Positions 28,172 to 41,850 of a DNA stretch of 64,000 nt are shown here, piece after piece. Source of the stretch: Octopus vulgaris (lineage: Eukaryota); assembly GCA_951406725.2 (NCBI GenBank), contig OX597831.1, forward strand, positions 32,116,001-32,180,000, read 5' to 3'. The translations under genes were made by a program, and so were the position numbers. The notes under the pieces are model-generated. The model saw only the letters and a program-made list of their open reading frames with translations. It was not told the DNA's origin and ran no database searches. How positions within the stretch are numbered: the stretch's first letter is position 1; every line of letters begins with the position of its first letter.

Positions 28172-28899
28172 CCTTTCTAATAAAGGCACAAAGCTAGAAA
28201 TTTGGGAGAAGGGGACCAGTTGAGTACATCAACCCCAGTGTTTCACTGGTATTTGATTTATTGACCTCAGCAGAATTTGAACTCAGAATGTAGACAGATG
28301 AAATGCCACTTAACATTTTGCTTGGCATGTTAATGATTCTGCCAGCTCACTGCCACAGAAATATTTACAAGTTGTTACTTTTTAACCCTACATCGTCCCT
28401 GATCCAACCATTTTCTGTATTCTTTCTATTCCCAAGCCATAGTTCACCTAGGACAACATTATCAAATGTGTCCTTCTAAAACATTACAGTGTCATATAAA
28501 GGAGAATAGGCAGCTATTTCTAGCTGACTGAATGACCACTAACAGGTTTGGTTGGGTTTTTTTTGACATTAACAAGGAATTGTCCAATACAAATAATGAT
28601 CCTTCTTTTATACGGAGATGGCCAACACAAAAGTTTGTGGAGAGAAGAAATAAAAAAAAAACCCAGCAAAGAATGTTAAAAATAAATAAATGCATGAAAA
28701 AAATCTTACTTAAGTGAAATATATATGTGTGTGCATGTGTGTATAAAAATCATCAGCAAAAATATAAAAGGTATAAAACAATAAAAAAAAATGAATTATT
28801 AGAATTTAAGAATTATTTACGGTCATGTGATTGTTTTATTACACACACACACACATGAAAGCTACAGGAGAATAACATTATTACAATAAAAAATATTTA

Positions 28900-28951
<52 letters not shown>

Positions 28952-29143
28952 TAATCGATTTACGAGTGATCTTTCGTTATTTTTCCCTCTATGCCTACGT
29001 GAATTGTTTTTGAGTATACAATGTCTGGGAGACTCTTCTTATCGTAGAGGAAATAGCTAAATTCTTTGGCTGCTATTTCTAAAAGTTCGGTGTGTGGTAA
29101 AGTAAATTTTTTTTGCTGAACCCTAATTATGTAAAGTAATGCT

Positions 29144-29188
<45 letters not shown>

Positions 29189-29293
29189 TATATATATATA
29201 TATATATATTATATTATATTATATTATATAATATTATATTATATATATATATTATATTATATATATATTATATTATATTATATTATATATATA

Positions 29294-29420
<127 letters not shown>

Positions 29421-29628
29421 TATATATATATATATTATGTATATATATATATTATATATATATATATATAAATATATTTTATATGAATGTATATATGAGT
29501 GTGTATATATATGTGCGAATGTGATGTGTGTGTTTGTAACAAGATAACTTCTTAATCCTCCAAATAAAATAAGCTTAGGGGAAAAAAAACAATGAGAAGA
29601 AAATTGTGGGAATAAAGAAATGAAAGGC

Positions 29629-29662
<34 letters not shown>

Positions 29663-29947
29663 TTGTGTGTATATATTTGCAACAAAACCTCTGTAGACTA
29701 GAAATCCTTAAATAAGTATTACCCTTTCCAGAATGAGAATACACAAACATACACAAAACCTACCCTAAAAACAGAGATTTGGTAGGAGGTCACTGATGTT
29801 TTCCCCCGACAGGGCAGGGACGGGATGGTGGCAAGGGCCATAGTCATTCCAGTCAACGCTCACTACTTACTGGTACTTAATGAACCCTGAATGATGGATG
29901 AAAGGTGAAGCTGACCTAGGCAAAATTTTAAACTCAGAACATCAACA

Positions 29948-30273
29948 TTATTTACATTTTACGGATATTCGTCCTCATCTTGTTTGTTGTTAAGGAAGGA
30001 TAGGGAAATATTAGATTTATAAGACCTAAAATAAAATCCATAATTGCCCACGGGTATATGGCGTAGTGGTTAAGAGTGTGGCCTACTAACTCCAAGATTC
30101 CGAGTTCGATTCCTGCAGTGACCTGAATAATAACATCAGAAAAATACCTTAGGAATGAGAACCCAGGTTAAAAATTCCCCCAGGACACCTAATGAAGGCT
30201 GGAGGGTATATCAGCCAAAACGTTGTGTTAACAACAAACAAGATGAGAACAAATATCTGTCAAATGTAAATAA
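29948..30273 (+). mobile_element. Composite element: inverted 3'-end copy + TATA motif + tRNA-like head + degenerate hammerhead
   Basis: 29948-29993 is the reverse complement of 30228-30273 (42/46). A box TGGCGTAGTGG at 30059, B box GAGTTCGATTC at 30102. GACAC-CTAATGA-A-GGCTG..CAGCC-AAAAC-GTT-GTGTT at 30184-30229. Confidence 0.6.
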
Positions 30274-33200
30274 GGTACATAATTCCTCATATCTCAAATA
30301 TAGAACTGTCAGTACATCAAGACCAAAAATAACTCAGAGCATTTTGTCCAACGTATGACCCTCTCCATCACAGATGCACACAACATAAAAGAAAATTTTT
30401 ATTTTGATTTTCAGTAAAAAAATTACCATTGGTGATCACATAATTTTCTGGATGATTAATCTAATCTTTAAAGTGTTTATATTTCAAACATTTAGAAATC
30501 TGTGTTGCTATTGGTTTTTGATCTGATCATCAAGTGTCGTATTCTCAAAGGTCACAGACTGGATTTGAAACAGGCACCATTACTTCTAAATTAACTGTTG
30601 CTATTTACATGAAGCATGGGGTTTAAGTGACTAAAGAGAGTCTGTCTTTTAGTCCAGAAATAAATGTTCCCTGTTGGAATCAAGTCTGGGCTCAAAGTAC
30701 TCGACATTAAAATATGAGACACCTCATGATAACGAGAGACGAAATGAAGTGAAATGTAATGAAGACATAAATAATGAAAACATATCGACACTCTAAACAT
30801 GAGATCAATGGTTTGGAAAATGGTAACGCTGACAAGAATTCATCTCAGACATCACAGGAATCCAATAAATAGCTGACCCAAAATCTCGTTAATTCTTATT
30901 AAAAATTATAATTAAGTTCTATGATAAAATATTTTTTCTCTTTTGCTTCGCTTTCTACATCCATTACTAATAATGGCTCCACAATTTCTCAGTTAACAAA
31001 GGGCTGTATGTATATATATATGTATGTATGCATATGTATGTTTATATATGTATATATATATTCATATATATATAATATATACACACCCATACATACATAT
31101 AGACACATGCATCAATACACACACAATTATATATACACATGTACATGAAGCTATGTATGTATATATGTATATATATAAATAAATATCAACAAGAATATGT
31201 GTGTTCAAATGTAGTCCCTTTCACATTCCAGCCAAGGGGGTCGAACTATAATTTTCACCCATAAATAGCCTTTCATCGTTGTGGGTAAAATGCTTAAAGT
31301 CACCGTTACATGTTCATCTTGTATTTACCCTGGAAATAAACAGAAGTAAGTTATATAAATCACGCTTTCATCGGTCGGGTACATATGTATTTTGATAAGG
31401 GAAGCTAGGGTGTGTGTAGAAGCATCTACTGCGTGCAAAGTATTAGTGGATATGCATGTAATGCGTGTGTGTGTATATATATATATATATATATGACTTC
31501 ATTAAAAGAATGATTTCCTTTCTTCCGAAAACTGCTGCCAAGCTCTGAATCTCAGAGTAATGGCTGTAATATAACAGTTACCCAATACCACAAAAATCAT
31601 AACTCCTATTTTGTCTGATCCAGCAGCAGGTTACTCTGGAGTGTTTTGGTGTTTGATGTGTTCCTAAGACAGACTTTTTCTGGTCTGAATGTTTAGCAAT
31701 ATCTCAAAGACTCTGATGGGATTACTGGATCAAACAAAAGAGAATTATTATATTCTATTATGGTACTGCACACTTTTTTCTGCAGTCTTTCACACCAAAG
31801 TCTCTCTCCCTCTTTCTCATATATATATATTTCACATGATACTGTGATTGACCAGACTATCAGATGCTGTTATACATTGCTGGTCACAATACGCTTTTCA
31901 TCGTGTTCATAAAGCAAGCAGGCCAACATTCCTCCCTGCTTGGAAGGTTAGTCAATCCCATTTACAGCTGAGTGGATTGGAGCAATGTGAAATTAAGTGT
32001 TTTGCTTAAGAACACAATGTGCAGCCAGTCTTGGAATTGAAACCGTGATCTTATGGTCATGAGTTCAACACCCCTAACCATTAGGCCACATGCCTTTACA
32101 CACACACACAAACTGGTACAATAATAATAATTTTGACCTCATGCCATTCTCACATCATCGTTTTCATGTCCACTTTTCCATGCCTGCATGGGTCAGACAG
32201 AATTTGTTGAGGTGTTTTCTGTCACAAACCCTCACCTATTTTCAGAGCAAGGTCATATTTTCCCTATGGCCAGACATATTTTTTCTCAGAAGACTAGAAA
32301 TGAATGATACAGCTTGTAAGACGGTGATGTTTGTTTACGACTTATGTATGATGTCAAGACAAGGAGATATACACGCACACACATACATACTGACTGATAC
32401 AAGTAAAACATTATTCATCAATTTAACACCGGTTTCAAAGATTGAAAGATTCATGATGCTAACTCGCATTTTTTGTATTTTGTAATATCTTGAGAGGGTC
32501 ATTAGGCCAATAATAAACACACACACTGGTTCAGTTTTACTTCTGTATTATTTATCAATTTCCATTACATGAGAATGTAGTTGAGGATATATATATCTAT
32601 GACCAGATGAGGCCAAACTATACTTTATTATATGACTGGTCCCTCTAACCTTAGTTATATGTACATATGTGCACATACATTTGTTTGTATGTCCATTTTT
32701 CCACACTAGCATAAGTTAGACAAATATATTATTGGGATCTTATTTTACAGCTGGATGCCCTTCCAGTTACTAACCCTTACTAACATTTTACATTAGTGGT
32801 CACTTAATCCACATGTCTACGAAGGTTCAAAACTAGCAGACAATTTGTGATAAATAACACACACACACATACACATTTCTTTCAGTTTCTGACCACTAAA
32901 TTCCATAACAAGACTTTGGTCAACCTGGAGCTATAGTAGAAATTACCGCACTAAGTTGTTGTGCAATGGAGTTGAACTAGAAACCACATGACTTGGAATG
33001 AGCTTGTCAAGTACACAGCCATGTGTGATGAGCCTGAGGCAGGCTCTTGGCTAGCAGACCATCAAAGATGTTTTAACCATGACAATCTGTTAGCTTGTAC
33101 AGTAGTGATGGTCAATAGGATTAGTATATTAGTGGCTGTTGCTGTTGTTTAGCCCCAGGTCAGCTGTGATCACACAAATCTATAATAAAAGACAGTTCCT

Positions 33201-33369
33201 CCATGGGCATCCTGTTTTTTTGTCTACATGCATATTGATGGTCAATAGAATTGATAAATTGGCCATTGTCAGAAGAACTGGTACACTTGGGATGGTCAAA
33301 GAATGAAAATATGCAGAGAAAATGGAGGGATAGAGAAAATGATGGAAGGAAAGAGAAGGATAGAGAAAG

Positions 33370-33775
33370 AAAGGAGGGGGAGAGGGAATGACAAAAGAGA
33401 GAGGGAAACAGAGAAAGAATGGTAGAAAGGAAAGAGAGAGAGACAGAGAACGAGAGGGGAAAAGGGAAGGGAGGCAGAGAAAATGGTAGAAGGGAGAGAG
33501 AATGATACAGAGAGAAAGAGAGAAAGTGACAGAGGAGAGAGAGAAAGTGATAGAGGAGAGAGAGAAACAGAGAAAGAATGGTAGAAAGGAAAGAGAGAGA
33601 CAGAGAACGAGAGGGGAAAAGGAAAGGGAGGCAGAGAAAATGGTAGAAGGGAGAGAGAATGATACAGAGAGAAAGAGAGAAAGTGACAGAGGAGAGAGAG
33701 AAAGTGATAGAGGAGAGAGAGAAAGTGATAGAGGAGAGAGAAAGTGATAGAGGAGAGAGAAAGTGATAGATGAGA
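33370..33775 (+). repeat. AG-rich compound repeat: ~177-bp duplication plus 21-bp units
   Basis: The block AGAAAGAATGGTAGAAAGGAAAGAGAGAGACAGAGAACGAGAGGGG occurs twice, along with (GAGAAAGTGATAGAGGAGAGA)n. Confidence 0.85.
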
Positions 33776-34554
33776 GGAGAGAGAGAGAAAGAAAAGGAGG
33801 AAGAGGAAAGGAAAAAGAAAGAAGAATCAGGTTTTAAATGCCAAAAGTCTTTTTTTCTTTTCACCTCTTCATCGATTTTTCTGAAACTATTTCTCTATAT
33901 TTTTATTATTGGTTCCACCCAGTCTCTCAGTTCTGTAGACATGACAGGGAATGGTGAAGCTAGGGGTTAATGGGTGGGGTACCTAGAACTTTGTGGTTTA
34001 TTATTAATTATGTAACAAGTTAACTTTCACTAATTACAAGTATAGGCTTGACTGTGGAGGAAGTTTGCTTTGCAGTGACATGGTTCCAGGTTCAGTCCCA
34101 CTGTGTGGCACCCTGGGCAAGTATCTTCTACTCTAGCCTTGGGCCCACCAAAGCCTTGTGAGTGGATTTGGTAGATGGAAACTGAAAGAAGACTGTTGCA
34201 TATGTGATTGTCCCCCACCACTGCTTGACAACCGGTGCTGGTTTGTTTACATCCCGTAACTTAGCATTTTGATAAAAGTGACCAATAGAATAAATACAAG
34301 ACTTAAAAAAGGACTGGAGTTGATTCATTTGACTAAAAATTCTTCAAGCCATTGCACCAGCATGGCCAGTCTAATGACTGGTACGAGTAAAAGATAATCA
34401 ATATTTTCATCGCTTTGTTTTGTTCTCAGAAGTTAATTACATTTAGTGTTTAATTAGAACTGTCAGGTTAACAGTTTTGATTTTTATATACATAAATATA
34501 CATGCATGTATACACATATATACATGTGTATATACACATACTATATATGTAGGC

Positions 34555-34609
<55 letters not shown>

Positions 34610-34694
34610 TAATTTATTCTCAGGCACATGATAATGCTAATACAATAGCATGAACAGGATAAACTATCCATATATTGCAGAAAAATTCGTTACC

Positions 34695-34767
34695 GGCCAG
34701 CCATGAGACTCGAACTCACATCCCTGTGATTACACGTCAAGTGCTTTACCTTTAAGCTAAACTGCCC
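34695..34767 (-). pseudogene. tRNA-like sequence (Thr/TGT-like) inside a ~290-bp partial tandem unit (34604-34995)
   Basis: GGGCAGTTTAGCTTAAAGGTAAAGCACTTGACGTGTAATCACAGGGATGTGAGTTCGAGTCTCATGGCTGGC followed by TTTTT, with imperfect stems. About 100-bp direct repeats at 34604-34705 and 34894-34995. Confidence 0.55.
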
Positions 34768-36361
34768 AATAACAAATTGCTCTGCAATTTTAGGATTTAT
34801 AAATCTAACTGTATAAGACGCTAACATTAAATTCAACTCTGGATGAAAGTAAACAAAGTTGGCTTTAGAAGCGTTGAGATGTAATGAAAGATATAGAAAT
34901 AAGTTATTCTCAGACGCAGGTTAATGCTAATACAATAGCACGAATAGGATAAACTACCCATATTTTGCAGAAAAATTCATTACCAGCCAGCCATGTATAT
35001 ATATATTAATAAACAAAGGTACAAAATAGTGCCAGCATTGCTAGAAATAAGCACCTTTCAATGGTGAGGTGCTTTTGCTTGCTCCCTCGCTTTTTCAACT
35101 CATGAAGTCAGTGCTTTGTATTGCTATTCGTGTCATTTTTGACTCTCATTTCTAGCAATGCTGATACTAATTTGTACCCTTGTTTGCCTTTAGGTTTTAA
35201 TTGCTAACGGGCCACCTTCGTTTATCGTTCGTTTAACGTCTGTTTTCCGCGCTAGCACGGGTTGGACGGTTCGACTGGGGTCTGGGAAGCCAGGGGCTGC
35301 ACCAGGCTCCAGTCTGATCTGGCAGAGTTTCTACAGCTGGATGCCCTTCCTAACGCCAACTACTCCGCGATATATTATATATGTATATAAGCATGTGTGC
35401 ATATGTAGACATATAATGCATATGTGTGTATATATACATACATATTATATACACACATGTACCATATATATAATGCATGTGTGTATGTGTGTGTATATAT
35501 ATATATATATATGTGTGTGTGTATTTATATACATATGCATATACACAGACACATATACTATATCTGAGAGCAAATTTCTAAACATGCACATTAAAAAGAA
35601 AATATTCTCTAAACATACACAAAAACACACATACATATAGGCTCTCACACACACTCTCTCTCTCTCTCTCATACACAAAAAAGACATTATTTTGAATAAA
35701 AACTGAATCATCATTTTGCAATTAAAAAACAAAACAAACATTGGAAAAAATGGAAAAGAAAAAAAAAACAATTCAAATTTATATAAACAAAAACCAACAA
35801 AACAAAATGAAAAAAGCAAAACAAAATAATTAAAATAAGCAAAAGCAGTGAAAACTGGGAAGAGTTAGGGTGGTGGTGGGGGGAAGCTTTTTAGTATATT
35901 CTATGGGGGTAAGACCAGCTGGAGCAAATCTCATGTGGGGGAAAGCAAAGCAAAGCAGAAGAGTAACATTTTATTGACCCTGAGAGGATGAAAGGCACAA
36001 CTGACGTTAGCAGGATTTGAACTCATATGCCACTGCACCCACCTGTCTTAGGTGTCAATATTAGAAGACAATAAGAGAGCCCCTAGTTTTAATTTCTTAG
36101 AAACAGCAGACAAATCTTCCTCCCTTCACGTCTTATCTGCTTGCTTCAGTCATTTAGACTGTGGCCATGCTGGGGCAGCGCTTTGGAGAATCTCAGTCGA
36201 ATAAATCAACCTCAGTACTTTGTTTTTTTTTTTGTTTTTAAGCTTAATATTTATTTTATTGGTCTCTCTTGCTGAAACGCTAAGTTATGGGGATGTAAAC
36301 ACACCAACACAGGTTATGAAGTTGAGATGGAGGACAAAGACATCACACACGTATATATATT

Positions 36362-36393
<32 letters not shown>

Positions 36394-36396
36394 TAT

Positions 36397-36439
<43 letters not shown>

Positions 36440-37075
36440 TGTATATATAACTATATATGTGTGTATATATATACACACACACATGTGTATATATATATAT
36501 ATATGATGGGCTTCTTTCAGTTTCCATCTACCAAATCCACTCACAAGGCTTTGGTCAGCCTGAGGTTATAGTAGAAGATACTTGCCCAAGGTGCCATGCA
36601 GTGGGATTGAACCTGGAACCGTGTGGTTGGGAAGCAAGCTTCTTACCACACACACAGAGCCATGTCTGTGCTTATGGTTTTGAGTTAGATAGGAGGAGGA
36701 CACAATGGACAATGTTGCAATTGTTGAAACTGAAGAACTATTTTGTTTCTGTATTTAGTTTGAAAGATTCTTGATGTGAACTCGGGTGTTGAAACATATT
36801 TTATTGCATTTTGGGAGGGTCGTAATGCCAATAATATACACGCACACTGGTTATATTTCACTTCTTTATTATGTATTTGTCAGTTGACTAATTATTTAAA
36901 TAATTAACTTATCAACTATTTGACTAACTGTTTAGTCAATCGGCTGGGTTTGCAAAAGTCTATTTACTGCCATTCACAAACTCATCAATGACATATCTTC
37001 TTTTAACTCCAGGTCAGCTTCAGGTTAACAAAAGGACTTTGACAAACTTCGCTGACTGAATGAGTTACTGAACAA

Positions 37076-37704
37076 TTAACCCTTTAACATTTAAACTGCC
37101 CATATTTGGCCAAAATGAGGAGGCGCAATGGCCCAGTGGTTAGGGCAGCGGACTCGCGGTCATAGGATCGCGGTTTCGATTCCCAGACCGGGCGTTGTGA
37201 GTGTTTATTGAGCAAAAACACCTAAAGCTCCACGAGGCTCCGGCAGGGGATAGTGGTGATCCCTGCTGTACTCTTTCACCACAACTTTCTCTCACTTTTA
37301 CTTCCTGTTTCTGTTGTACCTGTATTTCAAAGGGCCGGCCTTGTCCCTCTCTGTGTCACGCTGAATATCCCCAAGAACTACGTTAAGGGTACACGTGTGT
37401 GTGGAGTGCTCAGCCACTTACACGTTAATTTCACGAGCAGGCTGTTCCGTTGATTCGGATCAACCGGAACCCTCGTCGTCGTAACCGACGGAGTGCTAAA
37501 GAAGATTTGGCCAAAATATTCTATGTGTTTTAAACTCAAATGGACCAGATCCAGCTTCTCATACCTATCCAACAATATCATTCTAAAAATAAACAGCCAC
37601 ATCATCAAAATCTCAAAGCTACAAGATAATACTTGATTAATTAAAAATAAAGTGAATAAATAAGCATTACATTTGACAAAGAAACGGGAATGCTAAAAGG
37701 TTAA
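37076..37704 (+). mobile_element. piggyBac-like MITE family 2 interrupted by a SINE
   Basis: TTAACCCTTT...AAAAGGTTAA. An uninterrupted reverse copy lies at 49858-50086. Confidence 0.7.
37117..37504 (+). mobile_element. Full-length tRNA-derived SINE with 13-bp TSD
   Basis: A box TGGCCCAGTGG and B box GGTTTCGATTCC. TSD ATTTGGCCAAAAT at 37104-37116 and 37505-37517. CpG-rich, so probably young. Confidence 0.9.
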
Positions 37705-38359
37705 TCAAACAACAGATTGGCTAACTGGTCAAATAGTTAACCAATTGACTAATGATAATAAAAGAAGTGAAACAGAACCAGTGCATGTGACTATTATTGG
37801 CATAATGACCCTCAAAAAGAGTTGGATATATCTTGCTCTGATTTAAGTTAACTGTATTAATTGACATCTGCTATTGTTTTCACTAATTTATTTTTAAATG
37901 ATTTCATGAAGCAAAAAAGAGGCAGACACACCTATGACAATTCCGCATGATGTATGAGACAAGTGGAAAGGGATGAAGATCACCACAGCCTCAGTTTTCA
38001 GCCAGAATTAATAGATCAAGATAAAGCATCATCTTCAGACCAGACCAAATCTTTCTAGAATGGAATCCATTAAAGGTACCCCAGGACCATGTAGTGATGT
38101 TAAACTGAGAAACAGATTAGATCTGCCAACCTTAATTTACTAGAATTTAGGATTGTTAAACAGAAAAGAAAAAAAAAAGACAGAAAGAAAGATAAGGAAT
38201 TCTCTATATTTTATAAATATGGTTCCTAACTTTGGTACAGGGCCACATAAATAAGACAGTAGGGCCTACAAATATTAGTTGACAGCTGGTTAGGGCATTG
38301 CATCCTTCAAAAAATTCACCAGTACTATTCCTGACATAGCATGTACTCTTTTAATACTC

Positions 38360-38745
38360 TTTTGCTTGCTTCAGTCATTTTGACTGCGGCCATGCTGGAG
38401 CATTGCCTTTAGTCAAGCAAATCGACCCCAGGACTTATTCTTTGTAAGCCCAGTACTTATTCTATTGGTCTCTTTTGCCAAACCGCTAAGTGAGGGCGAC
38501 GTAAACACACCAGCATCGGTTGTCAAGCAATGCTAGGGGGACAAACACAGACATATATATATATATATATATACATATATATGACGGGCTTCTTTCAGTT
38601 TTCTGTCTACCAAATCCACTCACAAGGCTTTAGTCGGCCCGAGACTATAGTAGAAGACATTTGCCCAAGTTGCCACGCAGTGGGACTGAACCCGGAACCA
38701 TGTGGTTGGTAAGCAAGCTACTTACCACACAGCCACTCCTGCGCC
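38360..38745 (-). mobile_element. CORE-like SINE, full length
   Basis: Reverse-complement copy of the 51348 family. Confidence 0.85.
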
Positions 38746-38934
38746 TAATCTGTACTTTCCTATCTTTTTAGGTTTAATTCTCTGTACTTTAATTATGTAC
38801 TTTTCACTTTCACTGCTGTCTTTCAATACTTGACTTACATGTTTGCTTTCTGTTGCCTCTTTTACCCATTTCCAATGACTTGAGGTGCACAATAAGCTCA
38901 TTACTATTACTTCTACTATTATTGTCATTATTAG

Positions 38935-39302
38935 TATCACTTCCATATTAGCGAAAGCGGAGGTATTGTTTTCAGTTCTGTTTGTCCATGGACAAGATAT
39001 CTCAAGAACCACTGGATGGATTCGGATGAAACTTTCAGAGATGTTTGGCCTCGTGACTGGCACGAACTGATTAGATCTTGGGATTGATCCGGTACCAGAC
39101 AAGGATTCTGGATTATTTTTGTTTGTTTTTTTTTTTTACTTAATTTTTGAGACCAGTCAGGTTCATTTTTAGTGTTCTCATTTGTGAGAACAGTTGAGTC
39201 TATTTCAGATAGTCTCTCATTTTATAAATCATCCCCAGCTAATCGTTGAGAGGACATTGGTGTTGCCTTGGCAGAGGCTTGTGCTCTCTGAGTGCTCTTG
39301 TT
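38935..39302 (+). mobile_element. Helentron-associated non-autonomous element (HINE/DINE-1-like)
   Basis: 5' hairpin/subTIR CACTTCC..GCGGAGGT, internal GGATGGATTCGGATGAAACTTT, 3' subTIR TTGGCAGAGG plus hairpin GCTCTCTGAGTGC, ending in TT. Confidence 0.6.
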
Positions 39303-39327
39303 ATTTATATTATTATTATTGTTATTA

Positions 39328-39464
39328 TTATTATTATTCAGTAGTTTTATTTTTATAGCGTGCTTTCACTTCACTACCGAGCACAGCTCCGTGTGCCTTG
39401 GGTATGTGCTGTGATTTGTTGTGATGCTCTGATGGTTATTGTATGGAAAGTGTTCTGCGTAGGA
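39328..39464 (-). mobile_element. Short 3' end of an R4/Dong-like LINE inserted in (TAA)n
   Basis: LRRTLSIQ* followed by a 3' UTR, with TAA repeats on both sides. Confidence 0.5.
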
Positions 39465-39819
39465 TTATTATTATTATTAGAGGGGGATTTGGCTGATGTT
39501 TCTAATAGGTCAAACAAACTACCACGAAAAGGTCTCCCTCATTGGCTCATCCATATATATGTTAGACAGTAGGGCTTACCTATGTCGGCTGTTGATTATC
39601 AAGACACCGCACCCTTCAAAAACCTTCCCAAAATTCACCACCGCTACCCCTAATGTACCTCTTTATAGCTTTTTTATAGTTCACTTTTCTGTCTTTTATT
39701 CTGGCTTTCATCGTTGTCCTTCCTTATTTGACTGATATGTCTGCTTTATGTCCATTCTTATACCCTTTTCACGTGACTGATAATGCACCTGAGCACCGTA
39801 TGCAATGAGATTATTATTA

Positions 39820-40125
39820 TTATTTCCATTTTACTTCTCACAACTCTTGATTTCACTTGCTCCAGACAATTCCATAAGAGGGGACAACAACCTGTTGTCA
39901 AGGATCTCACAGGGTCTCATTTCACTATATTTAACAACCAAGTACCAGTCCCCAAATCCTTGCTGTCCCCCAATAAAGCAGTTTTCTGAGCATCTTCTAC
40001 CCTCATGTCAATTCCAATTTCTCCAACAAATTTCTCAAACCTGGTTGCTAATGGTCCCATTGCCCCTGCAATTACTGAGATGACAATTACTCTCTTCATT
40101 GCCTACAGTCTTGCAATTTCATCTT
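39820..40125 (-). mobile_element. R4/Dong-type (RLE) non-LTR retrotransposon 3' end
   Basis: KRVIVISVIAGAMG...FEKFVGEIGIDMRVEDAQKTALLG, ending at a (TAA)n run. Confidence 0.7.
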
Positions 40126-41562
40126 TTAGTGGCTTGCATAGTAATTCCCTGCCATATTATGGTACACCTATTACAGTACACCTATTGCGGTTCACCTATC
40201 ATAGTTTATTATTTAAGCGTATGTTGATTCCTCAGTGGTGTTGTTTCACATTTATAATAAAATATACCTTTCCTCTTATGCATACCTTTCCTTCTTGGGA
40301 CACAAAACTCTACTTGTGAAGACCTGTTGAGGCAAGTGAAAATCGAAATCGATCAACATCAATGGAAATTGCAGCTGTGATACCAGTGCCGGTGGTACGT
40401 AAGAGAGCCATCCAAACGTGGCCATTGCCAGTGCCGCCCCGACTGGCCTCATGCTGGTAGCACGTAAAAAGCACCCACTACACTCATGGAGTGGTTGGCG
40501 TTAGGAAGGGCATCCAGCCGTAGAAACACTGCCAGATCAGACTGGGTCTGGTGCAGCCTTCTGGCTTCCCAGACCCCAGTTGAACCATCCAACCCATGCT
40601 AGCATGGAAAGCGGACGCTAAACGATGATGATGATGATGATATACAAATCATAAAAATAATAAAAAAAATATACAGCACTGTACTGTTTCTACTTCATGG
40701 ATTTTCACCTATCATGGGGGGGGGGATGTAACACCTGCGATAGTCGAGGGTTTACTATATTTCTCATGCACTTGTACATCCCCAAGTATGGCAATATCTC
40801 TGATCTTAGTTTCCTTCATTTTATTATTATTATTATTATTATTATTATCATTATATACTACAAATATACAACCTAGACAAACTTAAACCCCACTCCACAT
40901 TCAACAGTCACACACACACACACGTTTTACAGGGAAGGGAAAGATGTCTGAAGATGTAGACTGTGAGTCTTAAGAAGAGTAGGAACATACAAACAAAACA
41001 AGGATTGCTGTATTTTCACTAAAAGACAGGATGGCCATGACAGGAACATGAGTGACTATGGCTCTCTTGAATCAGATGCAAAACCAAAACAACAACAACT
41101 TTATATTGAATAACAACAACAAAACAAAACCTCAGCAAAACGGTAATTCTGGAACATTCTGATGTTGAGTCATTTGTTTCTTAACATATACGGGCCAAGA
41201 CTGGAAGGCAATGCGATTTGAACTCAGAACCTAAACAATAAAAGTGAATAATAAAGCAAAGTATTCTATTCTCAGCTGTTCTTAAATATCATCCATTACC
41301 AAAGGCTTTTTAAATAATAATAATAATAATAATCTTTTCTGTTATAGGCACAAGTCCTGAAATTTTGTAGGGGGGGGGACTAGGTGATTACATCAAACTC
41401 AAAACTCGACTGGTACTTAACTGATCAACCCCGAAATGATGAAAGGTAAAGTCAACCTCTGCGGAATTTGAACTCAGAACATAAAGATGGACAAAATGCT
41501 AAGCAGCATTTTGCCAAGCATGCTAATGACTCTGCTAGCTTACTGCCTTAATAATAATGATG

Positions 41563-41602
<40 letters not shown>

Positions 41603-41815
41603 TAATTTTTGGTACAAGGGCAGCTTGGTGGAGGTGGGCACGAGTCGATTACGCTGACCCCAGTGTTCAACTGGTACTTATTTTATTGACCCCAAAAGGA
41701 TGAAAGGCAAAGTCTGGTTGTTAATGGTCCCAGAACGTAGCAAAAGGCGAAATACTGCTAAGCACTTTATCCAGTGTGCTAACAACTCTGCCAGCTTGCT
41801 GCCTTGATGATGATG

Positions 41816-41848
<33 letters not shown>

Positions 41849-41850
<2 letters not shown>

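Noticed and set aside
33160-33864. 234-aa ORF
   Set aside because: It is an AG/CT low-complexity repeat with no domain signal.
37119-37195. tRNA gene
   Set aside because: It is the tRNA-derived head of a SINE with body, tail and TSD. The same applies to 6773 and 19608.
37900-38120. Possible minus-strand exon after tttctcag
   Set aside because: All three frames hit stops and there is no DH-domain similarity.
38722-39102. 126-aa ORF
   Set aside because: It spans a Helentron-like element, a microsatellite and a SINE, with no splice or homology support.
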